Source: Burkholderiales bacterium
GTDB taxonomy: Bacteria; Pseudomonadota; Gammaproteobacteria; Burkholderiales; SG8-39
Direction: 5' to 3'
NCBI GenBank assembly: GCA_025929745.1
Contig: JAICPQ010000001.1
Coordinates: forward strand, 1 to 41,160
Length of the DNA: 41,160 nucleotides
The first letter of the stretch is position 1. Each line of letters starts with the position of its first letter. Both the position numbers and the translations under genes were made by a program. The notes beneath the pieces are model-generated. The model ran no database searches, was not told the DNA's origin, and worked only from the letters and a program-made list of their open reading frames with translations. This document shows, one piece after another, positions 15,262-22,401 of the stretch.

Positions 15262-17553
15262 TTGAGCGCCGTTCCACTGCAGGTCCAGTTCGACCCGGCG
15301 TCCGCGCGCTTCGGCGCGTCGCGCTCGCAGAAGCGCCTCGAGGACGATCGCCTGCTTCTCGGCAAGGGCGTCTTCAGCGACGATCGAGAGTTTGCCGACA
15401 CCGCCTGGATGGTGCTCGTGCGCTCCCCGCACGCGCATGCCTTGATCAAGAAAATCGAAGCCGGCAGCGCGCCAGGCGTTATTGCGGTTTATTCCATGGC
15501 GCACTTGCGCGCCGACGGCGTAAAGCACATTCCGTTTCCGCCGCTTTTCAAGCGCGCCGACGGCTCGCCGATGGCCGCGCCGCCGCGCACGCCGCTTGCC
15601 GAGGGGAAGGTGTTTTACGTCGGTCAGCCGGTGGTCGCCATCGTCGCCGAGACGCGCGCCGCCGCGCAGGACGCCGCCGAAGCGGTCGTCATCGATTATG
15701 AGGACCTGCCATCCGTGGTCGACCCGCGCAGCGCGGTGGCTGCGGATGCGCCGCTTCTGTGGCACGCCGCGCCTGGCAACATCGCCGCGGAAGCGGCATA
15801 CGGGAATCCGGAAAAGGTCGGAGAGCTGTTCCGTACCGCCGCGCATGTCACTGAAGTGGAATTGCACAATCAGCGCCTCAATGCGGTCGCGATGGAGCCG
15901 CGCTGCGCGATCGCCGTGCATGAAGGCGGGCGCACGACGCTCTACACGCAGAACCAGACGCCGACGGCGGCGCGCGACCTGCTCGGCGCGGTGTTCGGCG
16001 AGCCGCCGACCAACTTTCGGCTGCTGAACGGCGATATTGGCGGCGGCTTCGGCATGAAGACCGGCCTTACGCCCGAGGACGCGCTCGTCTGCTACGCCGC
16101 GCGCAAGCTCGGGCGGCCGGTCAAATGGCGCGCCGACCGCGCCGAAGAGTTCCTCGCCGCGCACATGGCGCGCGACCAGCACTACCGCGCGGCGCTCGCT
16201 CTCGACCGGGATGGCCGCATCCTCGCGCTGCGCATGGAGATGCTCGCCAATATCGGCGCCGTGCCGGTCGGCTCGTCGGCGATGATTCCGCTCGCGATGG
16301 TCGCGAAAGTGGCGACCTCCGCGTACCGCGTGCCGGCGGTCGACTACCGCATCAAGGGCGTGCTTACGAACACCATGGCGACGGGCGCTTATCGCGGCGC
16401 CGGACGTCCCGAGGGCAACTACCTGATCGAGCGTCTGCTCGAGAAGGCATCGCGCGAGATGCGCATCGATCGCGTGGAGCTGCGCAGGCGTAACCTTCTC
16501 AAGCCCCATGAGCTCCCGTACAGGACGCATGTCGGCGAGACGTACGACAGCGGCGAGTTCGAGCGCATGCTCGACGCGGCGTTGCGCGCCGCCGACTGGA
16601 ACGGTTTCGCCAAACGAAAGGAGGATGCGCGCGGCAAGCTGCGCGGCCGCGGCGTGTCGGTCTACCTTGAATGGACCGGCGCGTTACCGACCGAGACCGT
16701 GGATATCGAGATCGACGCCGAGGGCACCGTCACGGTGTTCTCGGGCACGCAAGCGATGGGGCAGGGACTGGAGACGACCTATACGCAGCTCGTCGAGGAA
16801 GTGCTCGGCGTGCGGCCGGAAAAGATTCGCATCGTGCAGGGCGACACCGACCGCGCGAATGGCGTCGGCAGCGTCGGTTCGCGCTCCGCGTTCGTCGGCG
16901 GCTCCGCGGTGGTGGCGGCAGGGCGCAGCATGGTGCTCAAGCTGAAAGAGCTTGCGGCCGAAGCGCTCGAGGCGGCTCCCGCCGACATCGAGCTGCGGGA
17001 GGGCCGAATGCGCATTGCCGGAACGGACCGCTCGATCACCTTTGCCGAGCTGGCTGGGAAGAGGTCGATCCGCGTTTCCGCGACGCAGACACCGTCGACG
17101 CCGTCGTGGCCGAACGGCGCGCAGGTCGCCGAGGTGGAAGTCGACCCCGACACCGGCGAAGTGGCGCTCGTCGCGCTCACGAGTTGCGACGATATCGGGC
17201 GCATCATCAATCACACGATCGTCGAAGGGCAAATCCACGGCGGCATGGCGCAAGGCGCGGGCCAGGCGTTGTGGGAAGAGGTGCGCTACGAGGCTGGAAG
17301 CGGCCAGCTGCTCTCGGGATCGCTCATGGACTACTGCGTGCCGCGCGCCGACCAGCTGCCATCGATGCAGGCGACGTTTGACGAAAGCGTGCCGTGCAAG
17401 ACGAACCTGCTCGGCGTGAAAGGGTGCGGCGAGCTCGGGACGATCGGCGCCGTGCCGGCAGTAGTGCACGCGGTGCTCGACGCGATCGGCGTCGCGCACC
17501 TCGAAATGCCGCTCACGCCCGAAAAGGTGTGGCGCGCACTGCGTGAGCGATAA
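15262..17553 (+). CDS. xanthine dehydrogenase family molybdopterin-binding subunit (form-II CoxL-like)
   Basis: This is the in-frame part of ORF 15190..17553. The TTG at 15262 lies 1 nt after the SDR stop. It has the active-site loop AYRGAGRPEG and typical aldehyde oxidase/XDH a/b hammerhead and Mo-binding domain motifs. Confidence 0.85.
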   Translation: MSAVPLQVQFDPASARFGASRSQKRLEDDRLLLGKGVFSDDREFADTAWMVLVRSPHAHALIKKIEAGSAPGVIAVYSMAHLRADGVKHIPFPPLFKRADGSPMAAPPRTPLAEGKVFYVGQPVVAIVAETRAAAQDAAEAVVIDYEDLPSVVDPRSAVAADAPLLWHAAPGNIAAEAAYGNPEKVGELFRTAAHVTEVELHNQRLNAVAMEPRCAIAVHEGGRTTLYTQNQTPTAARDLLGAVFGEPPTNFRLLNGDIGGGFGMKTGLTPEDALVCYAARKLGRPVKWRADRAEEFLAAHMARDQHYRAALALDRDGRILALRMEMLANIGAVPVGSSAMIPLAMVAKVATSAYRVPAVDYRIKGVLTNTMATGAYRGAGRPEGNYLIERLLEKASREMRIDRVELRRRNLLKPHELPYRTHVGETYDSGEFERMLDAALRAADWNGFAKRKEDARGKLRGRGVSVYLEWTGALPTETVDIEIDAEGTVTVFSGTQAMGQGLETTYTQLVEEVLGVRPEKIRIVQGDTDRANGVGSVGSRSAFVGGSAVVAAGRSMVLKLKELAAEALEAAPADIELREGRMRIAGTDRSITFAELAGKRSIRVSATQTPSTPSWPNGAQVAEVEVDPDTGEVALVALTSCDDIGRIINHTIVEGQIHGGMAQGAGQALWEEVRYEAGSGQLLSGSLMDYCVPRADQLPSMQATFDESVPCKTNLLGVKGCGELGTIGAVPAVVHAVLDAIGVAHLEMPLTPEKVWRALRER

Positions 17554-18241
17554 CCGCGCGTTCCACTACGCGATTGGCGCGTCGCTCGCGCTGCACGCCC
17601 TCGTCCTTTTTTCATTCCCGAATCTCGTCGACACCGCGCGGCGTGCCGCGACCCTGCCGCCGCTCATCGCGCGGCTGATGGAACCACCGGCGCCGGAGCC
17701 GGTCCCGGTTCCGGCGCCGCCACCGCCGGAGAAGAAGCTGGTGGAAAAAAAACCCGCGCCGCGCGCGGCGAAGCCCGTGCCGCGGGTCGAGACGCCGGTG
17801 GTGCGAGAGGAAACGCCGCCCGTCGTCGAGGCGCCCGCTCCGGTGCCGGCGCCCGCACCCGTTGCGGCTCCGCCGCCCGTCGCGGCGGTCGAGCCGCAGC
17901 CGGCACCTTCTCCCGCCCCTCAGGCACCGCCCGCCGAGATACCCGAGTCGATGTCGCGTGACCAGTACCGCGTGCAGCTCATCGACGAGGCGCGGCGGCA
18001 CAAGCGCTATCCGGCGCTCGCGCGCGAGAATAATTGGCAGGGCGACGTCAAGGTGGCCGTGGCGGTCGCGGCCAACGGCCGGCCCACGGTGACGCTACGC
18101 GGGAGCTCAGGCTACGACGTGCTGGACCGCCAGGCGCTCGAGATGTTCTCGCGCGCAGCGCGTGCCGTCCCCATTCCCCCCTCGCTGCGCGGCAAGGAGT
18201 TCACCTTGGAGGTACGCGCCGTCTACGGCTTGGAAGACTGA
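17543..18241 (+). CDS. energy transducer TonB family protein
   Basis: N-terminal TM helix (AIGASLALHALVLFSF), a long Pro/Ala/Val-rich spacer and a TonB C-terminal domain (YPALARENNWQGDVKVAVAV...GYDVLDRQALEM). It overlaps the CoxL-like gene end by 11 nt. Confidence 0.8.
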   Translation: MSDNRAFHYAIGASLALHALVLFSFPNLVDTARRAATLPPLIARLMEPPAPEPVPVPAPPPPEKKLVEKKPAPRAAKPVPRVETPVVREETPPVVEAPAPVPAPAPVAAPPPVAAVEPQPAPSPAPQAPPAEIPESMSRDQYRVQLIDEARRHKRYPALARENNWQGDVKVAVAVAANGRPTVTLRGSSGYDVLDRQALEMFSRAARAVPIPPSLRGKEFTLEVRAVYGLED

Positions 18242-19269
18242 GCTTCGGGGCGGAAAGCGACGACGTGGTCGACGTCGAGCCGGATGCCGATCTTCTCGCC
18301 GAGCGCATGGTTATGGTGGCTCGGCACGAGCGCGAGCACCTTGCGCCCGCTCTCCAGGCGCAGGGTGTACAGGATCTCGGCGCCGCGAAACGCCTTGTGC
18401 AGCACTTCGGCGCGCGTCGGCGCGGCGTCATCGTGCACCACATCGTCGGGTCGCAGCAGGACCTCGAGGTCTTCCTTGCCGCGCTCATCGCTCTCGAGCA
18501 CGCCGAGCTCGATCTCCAAGCGTCCGGCCGAGAGCGCTTTCGCCGGCAGGAACACGCCTTGGCCGACGAAATCGGCGACGAACCGATTCGCCGGACGGTG
18601 ATAGAGGTTGTACGGCGCGTCCCACTGCTGGATATGCCGCTCGTGCAGGATGCCGATCTCGTCGGCCATGGCGAACGCCTCCTGCTGGTCGTGCGTCACG
18701 AGCACCGCCGTGGCGCCGCTCGCCTTGATGATTTCGCGCACTTCGAGTGACAGTCGCTCGCGCAGATCGATATCCAGGTTCGAGAACGGCTCATCGAGGA
18801 GCAGCAGCTCCGGGCTTGGCGCCAGGGCGCGCGCGAGCGCGACGCGCTGCTGCTGGCCGCCGGAGATCTCGTGCGGATACTTGGCGAGCGCCGCGGTGAG
18901 GCCGACGAGCTCGCCGAGCTTGCGCACGCGTGCCGCGCGCTCGGCGTGCGCCATCGCGTGCAACCCGAACGCGATGTTCCCGGCCACCGAGAGGTGCGGA
19001 AACAGCGCGTAGTCCTGGAACACCATGCCGATACGCCGCTTCTCCGGCGCGACCATCGTTCCGGGTCCCGACACCATGCGCCCGGCGATGCGGATCTCGC
19101 CTTCCTGCGGCGTCTCGAAGCCCGCGATGCAGCGAAGCACGGTGGTCTTGCCGCCGCCGCTCGGGCCGAGCAGGCAGCCGATCGCGCCGCGCGCAAGCGA
19201 AAACGAAAGGCCGGCGACGACCTCGTGATCGCCGTAGGCCTGGCGTAGGTTTTTGACTTCGAGCAGCAT
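18223..19269 (-). CDS. Fe(3+)/polyamine-type ABC transporter ATP-binding protein (FbpC-like)
   Basis: Walker A GPSGGGKTT, signature ISGGQQQRVALAR, Walker B LLLDEPFSNLD and a C-terminal TOBE-like domain. Confidence 0.9.
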   Translation of the reverse strand: MLLEVKNLRQAYGDHEVVAGLSFSLARGAIGCLLGPSGGGKTTVLRCIAGFETPQEGEIRIAGRMVSGPGTMVAPEKRRIGMVFQDYALFPHLSVAGNIAFGLHAMAHAERAARVRKLGELVGLTAALAKYPHEISGGQQQRVALARALAPSPELLLLDEPFSNLDIDLRERLSLEVREIIKASGATAVLVTHDQQEAFAMADEIGILHERHIQQWDAPYNLYHRPANRFVADFVGQGVFLPAKALSAGRLEIELGVLESDERGKEDLEVLLRPDDVVHDDAAPTRAEVLHKAFRGAEILYTLRLESGRKVLALVPSHHNHALGEKIGIRLDVDHVVAFRPEAQSSKP

Positions 19270-19275
19270 TGCGCG

Positions 19276-19281
19276 ATTATA
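19276..19281 (-). promoter_or_regulatory. candidate -10 element (TATAAT on the minus strand) 6 nt upstream of the FbpC-like ATG
   Basis: The minus strand reads cacTATAATcgcgcaATG. It is a perfect hexamer but has no good -35 (TTCTTG at best). If it is used, the mRNA would be leaderless. Confidence 0.3.
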
Positions 19282-19289
19282 GTGAGCCG

Positions 19290-20912
19290 TTGAATTACAA
19301 GAATTTAGGCATCCTCGGGGGAATCGCGATCGCGATTTCGGCGGTGGTGGCGCTGCCGGTCGCGTCGGTGCTCGCGAGCTTCTTCGGCGGCTTCGGCGAA
19401 ACCTGGTTGCACATCGCCGAGACGGCGCTGCCGCGCTACGTGCTGAACACGGCGGTTCTTCTCGCGCTCGTGAGCTTCGGCGTCGTGTCGATGGGCGTGG
19501 TGAGCGCGTGGCTGGTCACCGCGTACCGTTTTCCGGGACGCGATCTCCTCGAATGGGCGCTGCTTCTTCCGCTCGCGATGCCGGCGTATGTCATGGCGTA
19601 CGCGTACACCGACTGGCTGCAGTTCACCGGCGCGGTGCAGACCGCGCTGCGCGAAATCACCCGGTGGCAGGCGCGCGAATACTGGTTTCCCGAAGTGCGC
19701 TCGCTTCCTGGCGCCGCGGTCATCCTCTCCTTCGCCCTCTACCCCTACGTGTATCTCGTCGCGCGCACCGCCTTCCACGACCTTTCGCGCAGCGCGATCG
19801 AGGCCGGCCGGCTTGCCGGCTACGGCGCGCTCGGCGCGTTCTTCCGCGTCGCAGTGCCGCTCGCCCGGCCGGCGATCGCGGCGGGCAGCGCGCTCGCGCT
19901 CATGGAGACGCTTGCCGACTTCGGCACGGTGTCGTACTTCGGCCTCGAAGTGTTCACGACCGGGATCTTCAAGGCCTGGCTCTCGATGGGCGACAGCGCC
20001 GCCGCCGCGCAGCTCTCGAGCTGCCTGCTTGGCTTCGTGGTCGTGCTGCTCGCGCTCGAGCGCGCGAACCGCGGCCGCGCCGCCTACCATAGTCTCGCGC
20101 CCCGGCGCGCGCGTCCGCATACGCTGCGCGGCGGCCGGGCGCTGCTCGCCCTCGCGGCATGCGCCGCGCCGGCGTTTTTCGGCTTCGCCTTGCCGGCGTG
20201 GCTCCTCGGCGCGCTCGCGCTCGAGGAGACGGTGTCGGGCCCGCGCCTTGCCGCGCTGATGGCGAACAGCTTTAGCATCGCGGCGATTACTGCGCTGATC
20301 GCGGTGATCGCTGGCGTGCTCATGGCCTATGCCGGCAGGCTCACGCGCAGTCCGATCGTGCAGTTCAGTAACCGCGTCGCCGGTCTTGGCTACGCCATTC
20401 CCGGCGCCGTCATCGCGGTCGGCGTGCTCGTGCCGCTCGGGAGGGTCGACAACATGCTCGCGGGTTGGGTCGAGACCGCGTTCGGCGTGAAGACCGGCCT
20501 GCTGCTCACGGGCACCATCGCGGCGCTCGTGTACGCCTACCTCGTGCGGCTGCTCGCCGTCTCGCTGCAGACGACGCATGCCGGCCTCGCCAAAATCACT
20601 CCGAGCATGGAGGACGCGGCGCGCTCCCTCGGCGCGACGCCGGCCGCTGCGCTCGCGCGCGTGCACGTGCCGCTCCTCGCACCGAGCCTCGCCACCGCAG
20701 CGCTCCTCGTATTCGTCGATGTGCTGAAGGAACTTCCGGCAACCCTCGCGCTGCGACCGTTCAACTTCGACACGCTCGCGGTCGAGGCTTACAACCTGGC
20801 GAAGGACGAGCGCCTGGCCGAAGCGGCCACCCCGTCGCTCGCGATCGTGGTGGCCGGGCTGCTGCCGCTGATCTACGTCTCGAAGCGTTACTTCCAGGCC
20901 ACGCGGTCGTAA
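19290..20912 (+). CDS. iron ABC transporter permease, two-domain FbpB-like
   Basis: ORF 19269..20912 has a duplicated MalFG-type permease architecture and the C-terminal stretch LRPFNFDTLAVEAYNLAKDERLAEAA typical of FbpB/HitB. The start is ambiguous, either TTG 19290 or TTG 19269. TTG 19269 would share a nucleotide with the divergent ATPase ATG. Confidence 0.85.
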   Translation: MNYKNLGILGGIAIAISAVVALPVASVLASFFGGFGETWLHIAETALPRYVLNTAVLLALVSFGVVSMGVVSAWLVTAYRFPGRDLLEWALLLPLAMPAYVMAYAYTDWLQFTGAVQTALREITRWQAREYWFPEVRSLPGAAVILSFALYPYVYLVARTAFHDLSRSAIEAGRLAGYGALGAFFRVAVPLARPAIAAGSALALMETLADFGTVSYFGLEVFTTGIFKAWLSMGDSAAAAQLSSCLLGFVVVLLALERANRGRAAYHSLAPRRARPHTLRGGRALLALAACAAPAFFGFALPAWLLGALALEETVSGPRLAALMANSFSIAAITALIAVIAGVLMAYAGRLTRSPIVQFSNRVAGLGYAIPGAVIAVGVLVPLGRVDNMLAGWVETAFGVKTGLLLTGTIAALVYAYLVRLLAVSLQTTHAGLAKITPSMEDAARSLGATPAAALARVHVPLLAPSLATAALLVFVDVLKELPATLALRPFNFDTLAVEAYNLAKDERLAEAATPSLAIVVAGLLPLIYVSKRYFQATRS

Positions 20913-21919
20913 ATTTTCTGCGAGTTCGGCTGGTTCCTGCCGAGCGCAGCCACGTTCAGGCGGTCTGCCTTGAAGTCGCCGAGCGCGTTCAGCACCGGAT
21001 TGTCCACCTTCACGCCGCGCACCGCCGGCCACTCGTTGTTTCCGTCGGCAAAGTAACGCTGCGCCTCGTCGCTCGCCAGGTATTCGAGGAACTTCACCGC
21101 GTTTTCCCGGTGCGGAGCGTTCTTCAGCACGCCGGCGCCGGAAATGTTGACGTGCGTACCCCAGCTATTCTGGTTGGGGAAGACGATCGCGATCTTCTCC
21201 GCCACCTGCTTTTCGTCAGGCTTCTGCGAGCGTGCGAGGCGGGCATAGTAATACTGGTTCGAGATCGTGACGTCGCACTGCCCGGCCGCGACAGCCTTCA
21301 GCTGGTCGGTGTCGCCGCCCTTCGGTTCCTGGGCGAGGTTTTCGCGCACGCCTTTCGCCCACCGTTCGGCTTTCTCCGCGCCGAGATGGTCGATAAACGC
21401 GCCCATGAGCGAGAGGTTGTAGATGTTTGTTGAGGAGCGCATGCAAACGCGCCCTTTCCATTTTGCATCGGCGAGCTGCTCATAGCTGGTGATCTCGCCC
21501 GGTCGCACTTTGTCCTTGTTGTACGCGATCACGCGTGCGCGCTGCGAGAACCCAAACCAGTGTCCGCCCGGCTCGCGCAGGTTCTCCGGAATGCGCTGCT
21601 CCAGAGTCTTGGACTTGACCGGTTGGAAGAGCCCGGCCTGCTCAGCGCGCCACAGCCGCCCCGCGTCGACGGTGATCATCAAGTCGGCCGGACTGCGCGC
21701 GCCTTCATTGCGGATCCGCTCGATGATCGCGTCCTCGCTCGCTTCGATGCGGTTCACTTTGATCCCGGTCGCCTTGGTGAACCCTGAGTAGAGCGCTTCA
21801 TCGGTCTGGTAATGACGGCCGGAGTAGACGTTAACTACGTTTTCCTGGGCGACCCCGGCTGCGCTCGCCACTGCCATGGCGAGGGCCGCAATAACGCTTT
21901 TCTTCGCGAACAGAGTCAT
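20888..21919 (-). CDS. Fe(3+) ABC transporter substrate-binding protein (FbpA/AfuA-like)
   Basis: Signal peptide, then VVNVYSGRHYQTDEALY...ADLMITVDAGRLW...GVLKNAPHRENAVKFLEYL. The tail overlaps the permease tail by 25 nt, convergently. Confidence 0.9.
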   Translation of the reverse strand: MTLFAKKSVIAALAMAVASAAGVAQENVVNVYSGRHYQTDEALYSGFTKATGIKVNRIEASEDAIIERIRNEGARSPADLMITVDAGRLWRAEQAGLFQPVKSKTLEQRIPENLREPGGHWFGFSQRARVIAYNKDKVRPGEITSYEQLADAKWKGRVCMRSSTNIYNLSLMGAFIDHLGAEKAERWAKGVRENLAQEPKGGDTDQLKAVAAGQCDVTISNQYYYARLARSQKPDEKQVAEKIAIVFPNQNSWGTHVNISGAGVLKNAPHRENAVKFLEYLASDEAQRYFADGNNEWPAVRGVKVDNPVLNALGDFKADRLNVAALGRNQPNSQKIYDRVAWK

Positions 21920-21948
21920 GTGTGGCCTGAGTTGAGAATGGTAGCCAA

Positions 21949-21977
21949 ATGATAGTGGCTCTCATTGGCAACGTCAA
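21949..21977 (-). promoter_or_regulatory. candidate sigma70 promoter of the FbpA-like gene
   Basis: The minus strand reads TTGACG (21977-21972), 17 nt, TATCAT (21954-21949). The ATG is at 21919. Both hexamers are overlapped by Fur-like boxes. Confidence 0.5.
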
Positions 21978-21993
21978 TGAGAATAACTATCAT
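21965..21993 (+). promoter_or_regulatory. candidate sigma70 promoter reading toward the 22013 ORF and the secretin-like gene
   Basis: The plus strand reads TTGGCA (21965-21970), 17 nt, TATCAT (21988-21993). This is the mirror image of the fbpA promoter. Confidence 0.4.
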
Positions 21994-22012
21994 CTGACCA
22001 TAGACGACCCTA

Positions 22013-22324
22013 ATGCATGCGCTTCTTGCCGGGACGCTCGCCCTGATGACGCACGTTGCCGAATCGCGCTGCCCGCACGGCGCCGAGCGCATTCGCGAAA
22101 ACCTGCTACGGCTTTGCGCGATGTCCGGCGTGCCTTGGGAGTTCCGCGCCGCGCTTGCCAAGCTGGGCGCGCGCTGGAGCCTGCTGGAGGAGCAGGCTAG
22201 GAAGTCGATGGATGCAGGCGCCGCCGTTGAAGCGCAGGGGAACTGCGCCACTAGCTCGTCGGTGCGCGCGGGCAGCGCGATTCCAAGTGCGTGCTCCAAG
22301 ACGTCCACCAGCCCGCTGCAATAA
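22013..22324 (+). CDS. hypothetical small protein (uncertain; see findings)
   Basis: 103-aa ORF. In the first 60 or so codons, a hand count gives GC1 > GC2 << GC3, which is typical of real genes in this window. The pattern reverses in the last 43 or so codons. There is no Shine-Dalgarno sequence. An antisense ORF (21916..22329) shares its third-codon positions. Confidence 0.3.
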   Translation: MHALLAGTLALMTHVAESRCPHGAERIRENLLRLCAMSGVPWEFRAALAKLGARWSLLEEQARKSMDAGAAVEAQGNCATSSSVRAGSAIPSACSKTSTSPLQ

Positions 22325-22401
22325 AGCACGCAGTGAGTGCGTGTCTCATAATCGGGCGCGCCGGTAGACGTTCTCGGGCATCGCGCGTTCTTGGGGAAGG
22401 G

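Larger units (their letters stand above)
21949..21993. promoter_or_regulatory. 45-bp imperfect palindrome with Fur-box-like sequences and back-to-back promoters
   Basis: The sequence is ATGATAGTGGCTCTCATTGGCA-A-CGTCAATGAGAATAACTATCAT. The arms are reverse-complementary at 17/22 positions. By hand alignment, 21973-21991 matches GATAATGATAATCATTATC at 14/19 and 21945-21963 at 11/19. Confidence 0.6.

Noticed and set aside
15214-17499. Minus-strand ORFs (15214..16530, 16684..17499) and several plus-strand off-frame ORFs within the CoxL-like gene
   Set aside because: They are Arg-rich shadow frames. The CoxL-like frame carries the family motifs.
17690-17940. Repetitive CCG/GCG-rich DNA as a tandem repeat or VNTR
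   Set aside because: It is the Pro/Ala-rich spacer of the TonB-like protein. I saw no exact repeat unit.
19305-21032. 575-aa minus-strand ORF covering the whole permease region
   Set aside because: It is an Arg/Gly/Ala/Glu-rich, low-complexity translation lying antisense to a clearly recognisable FbpB-like permease. This is a typical shadow ORF of a GC-rich genome.
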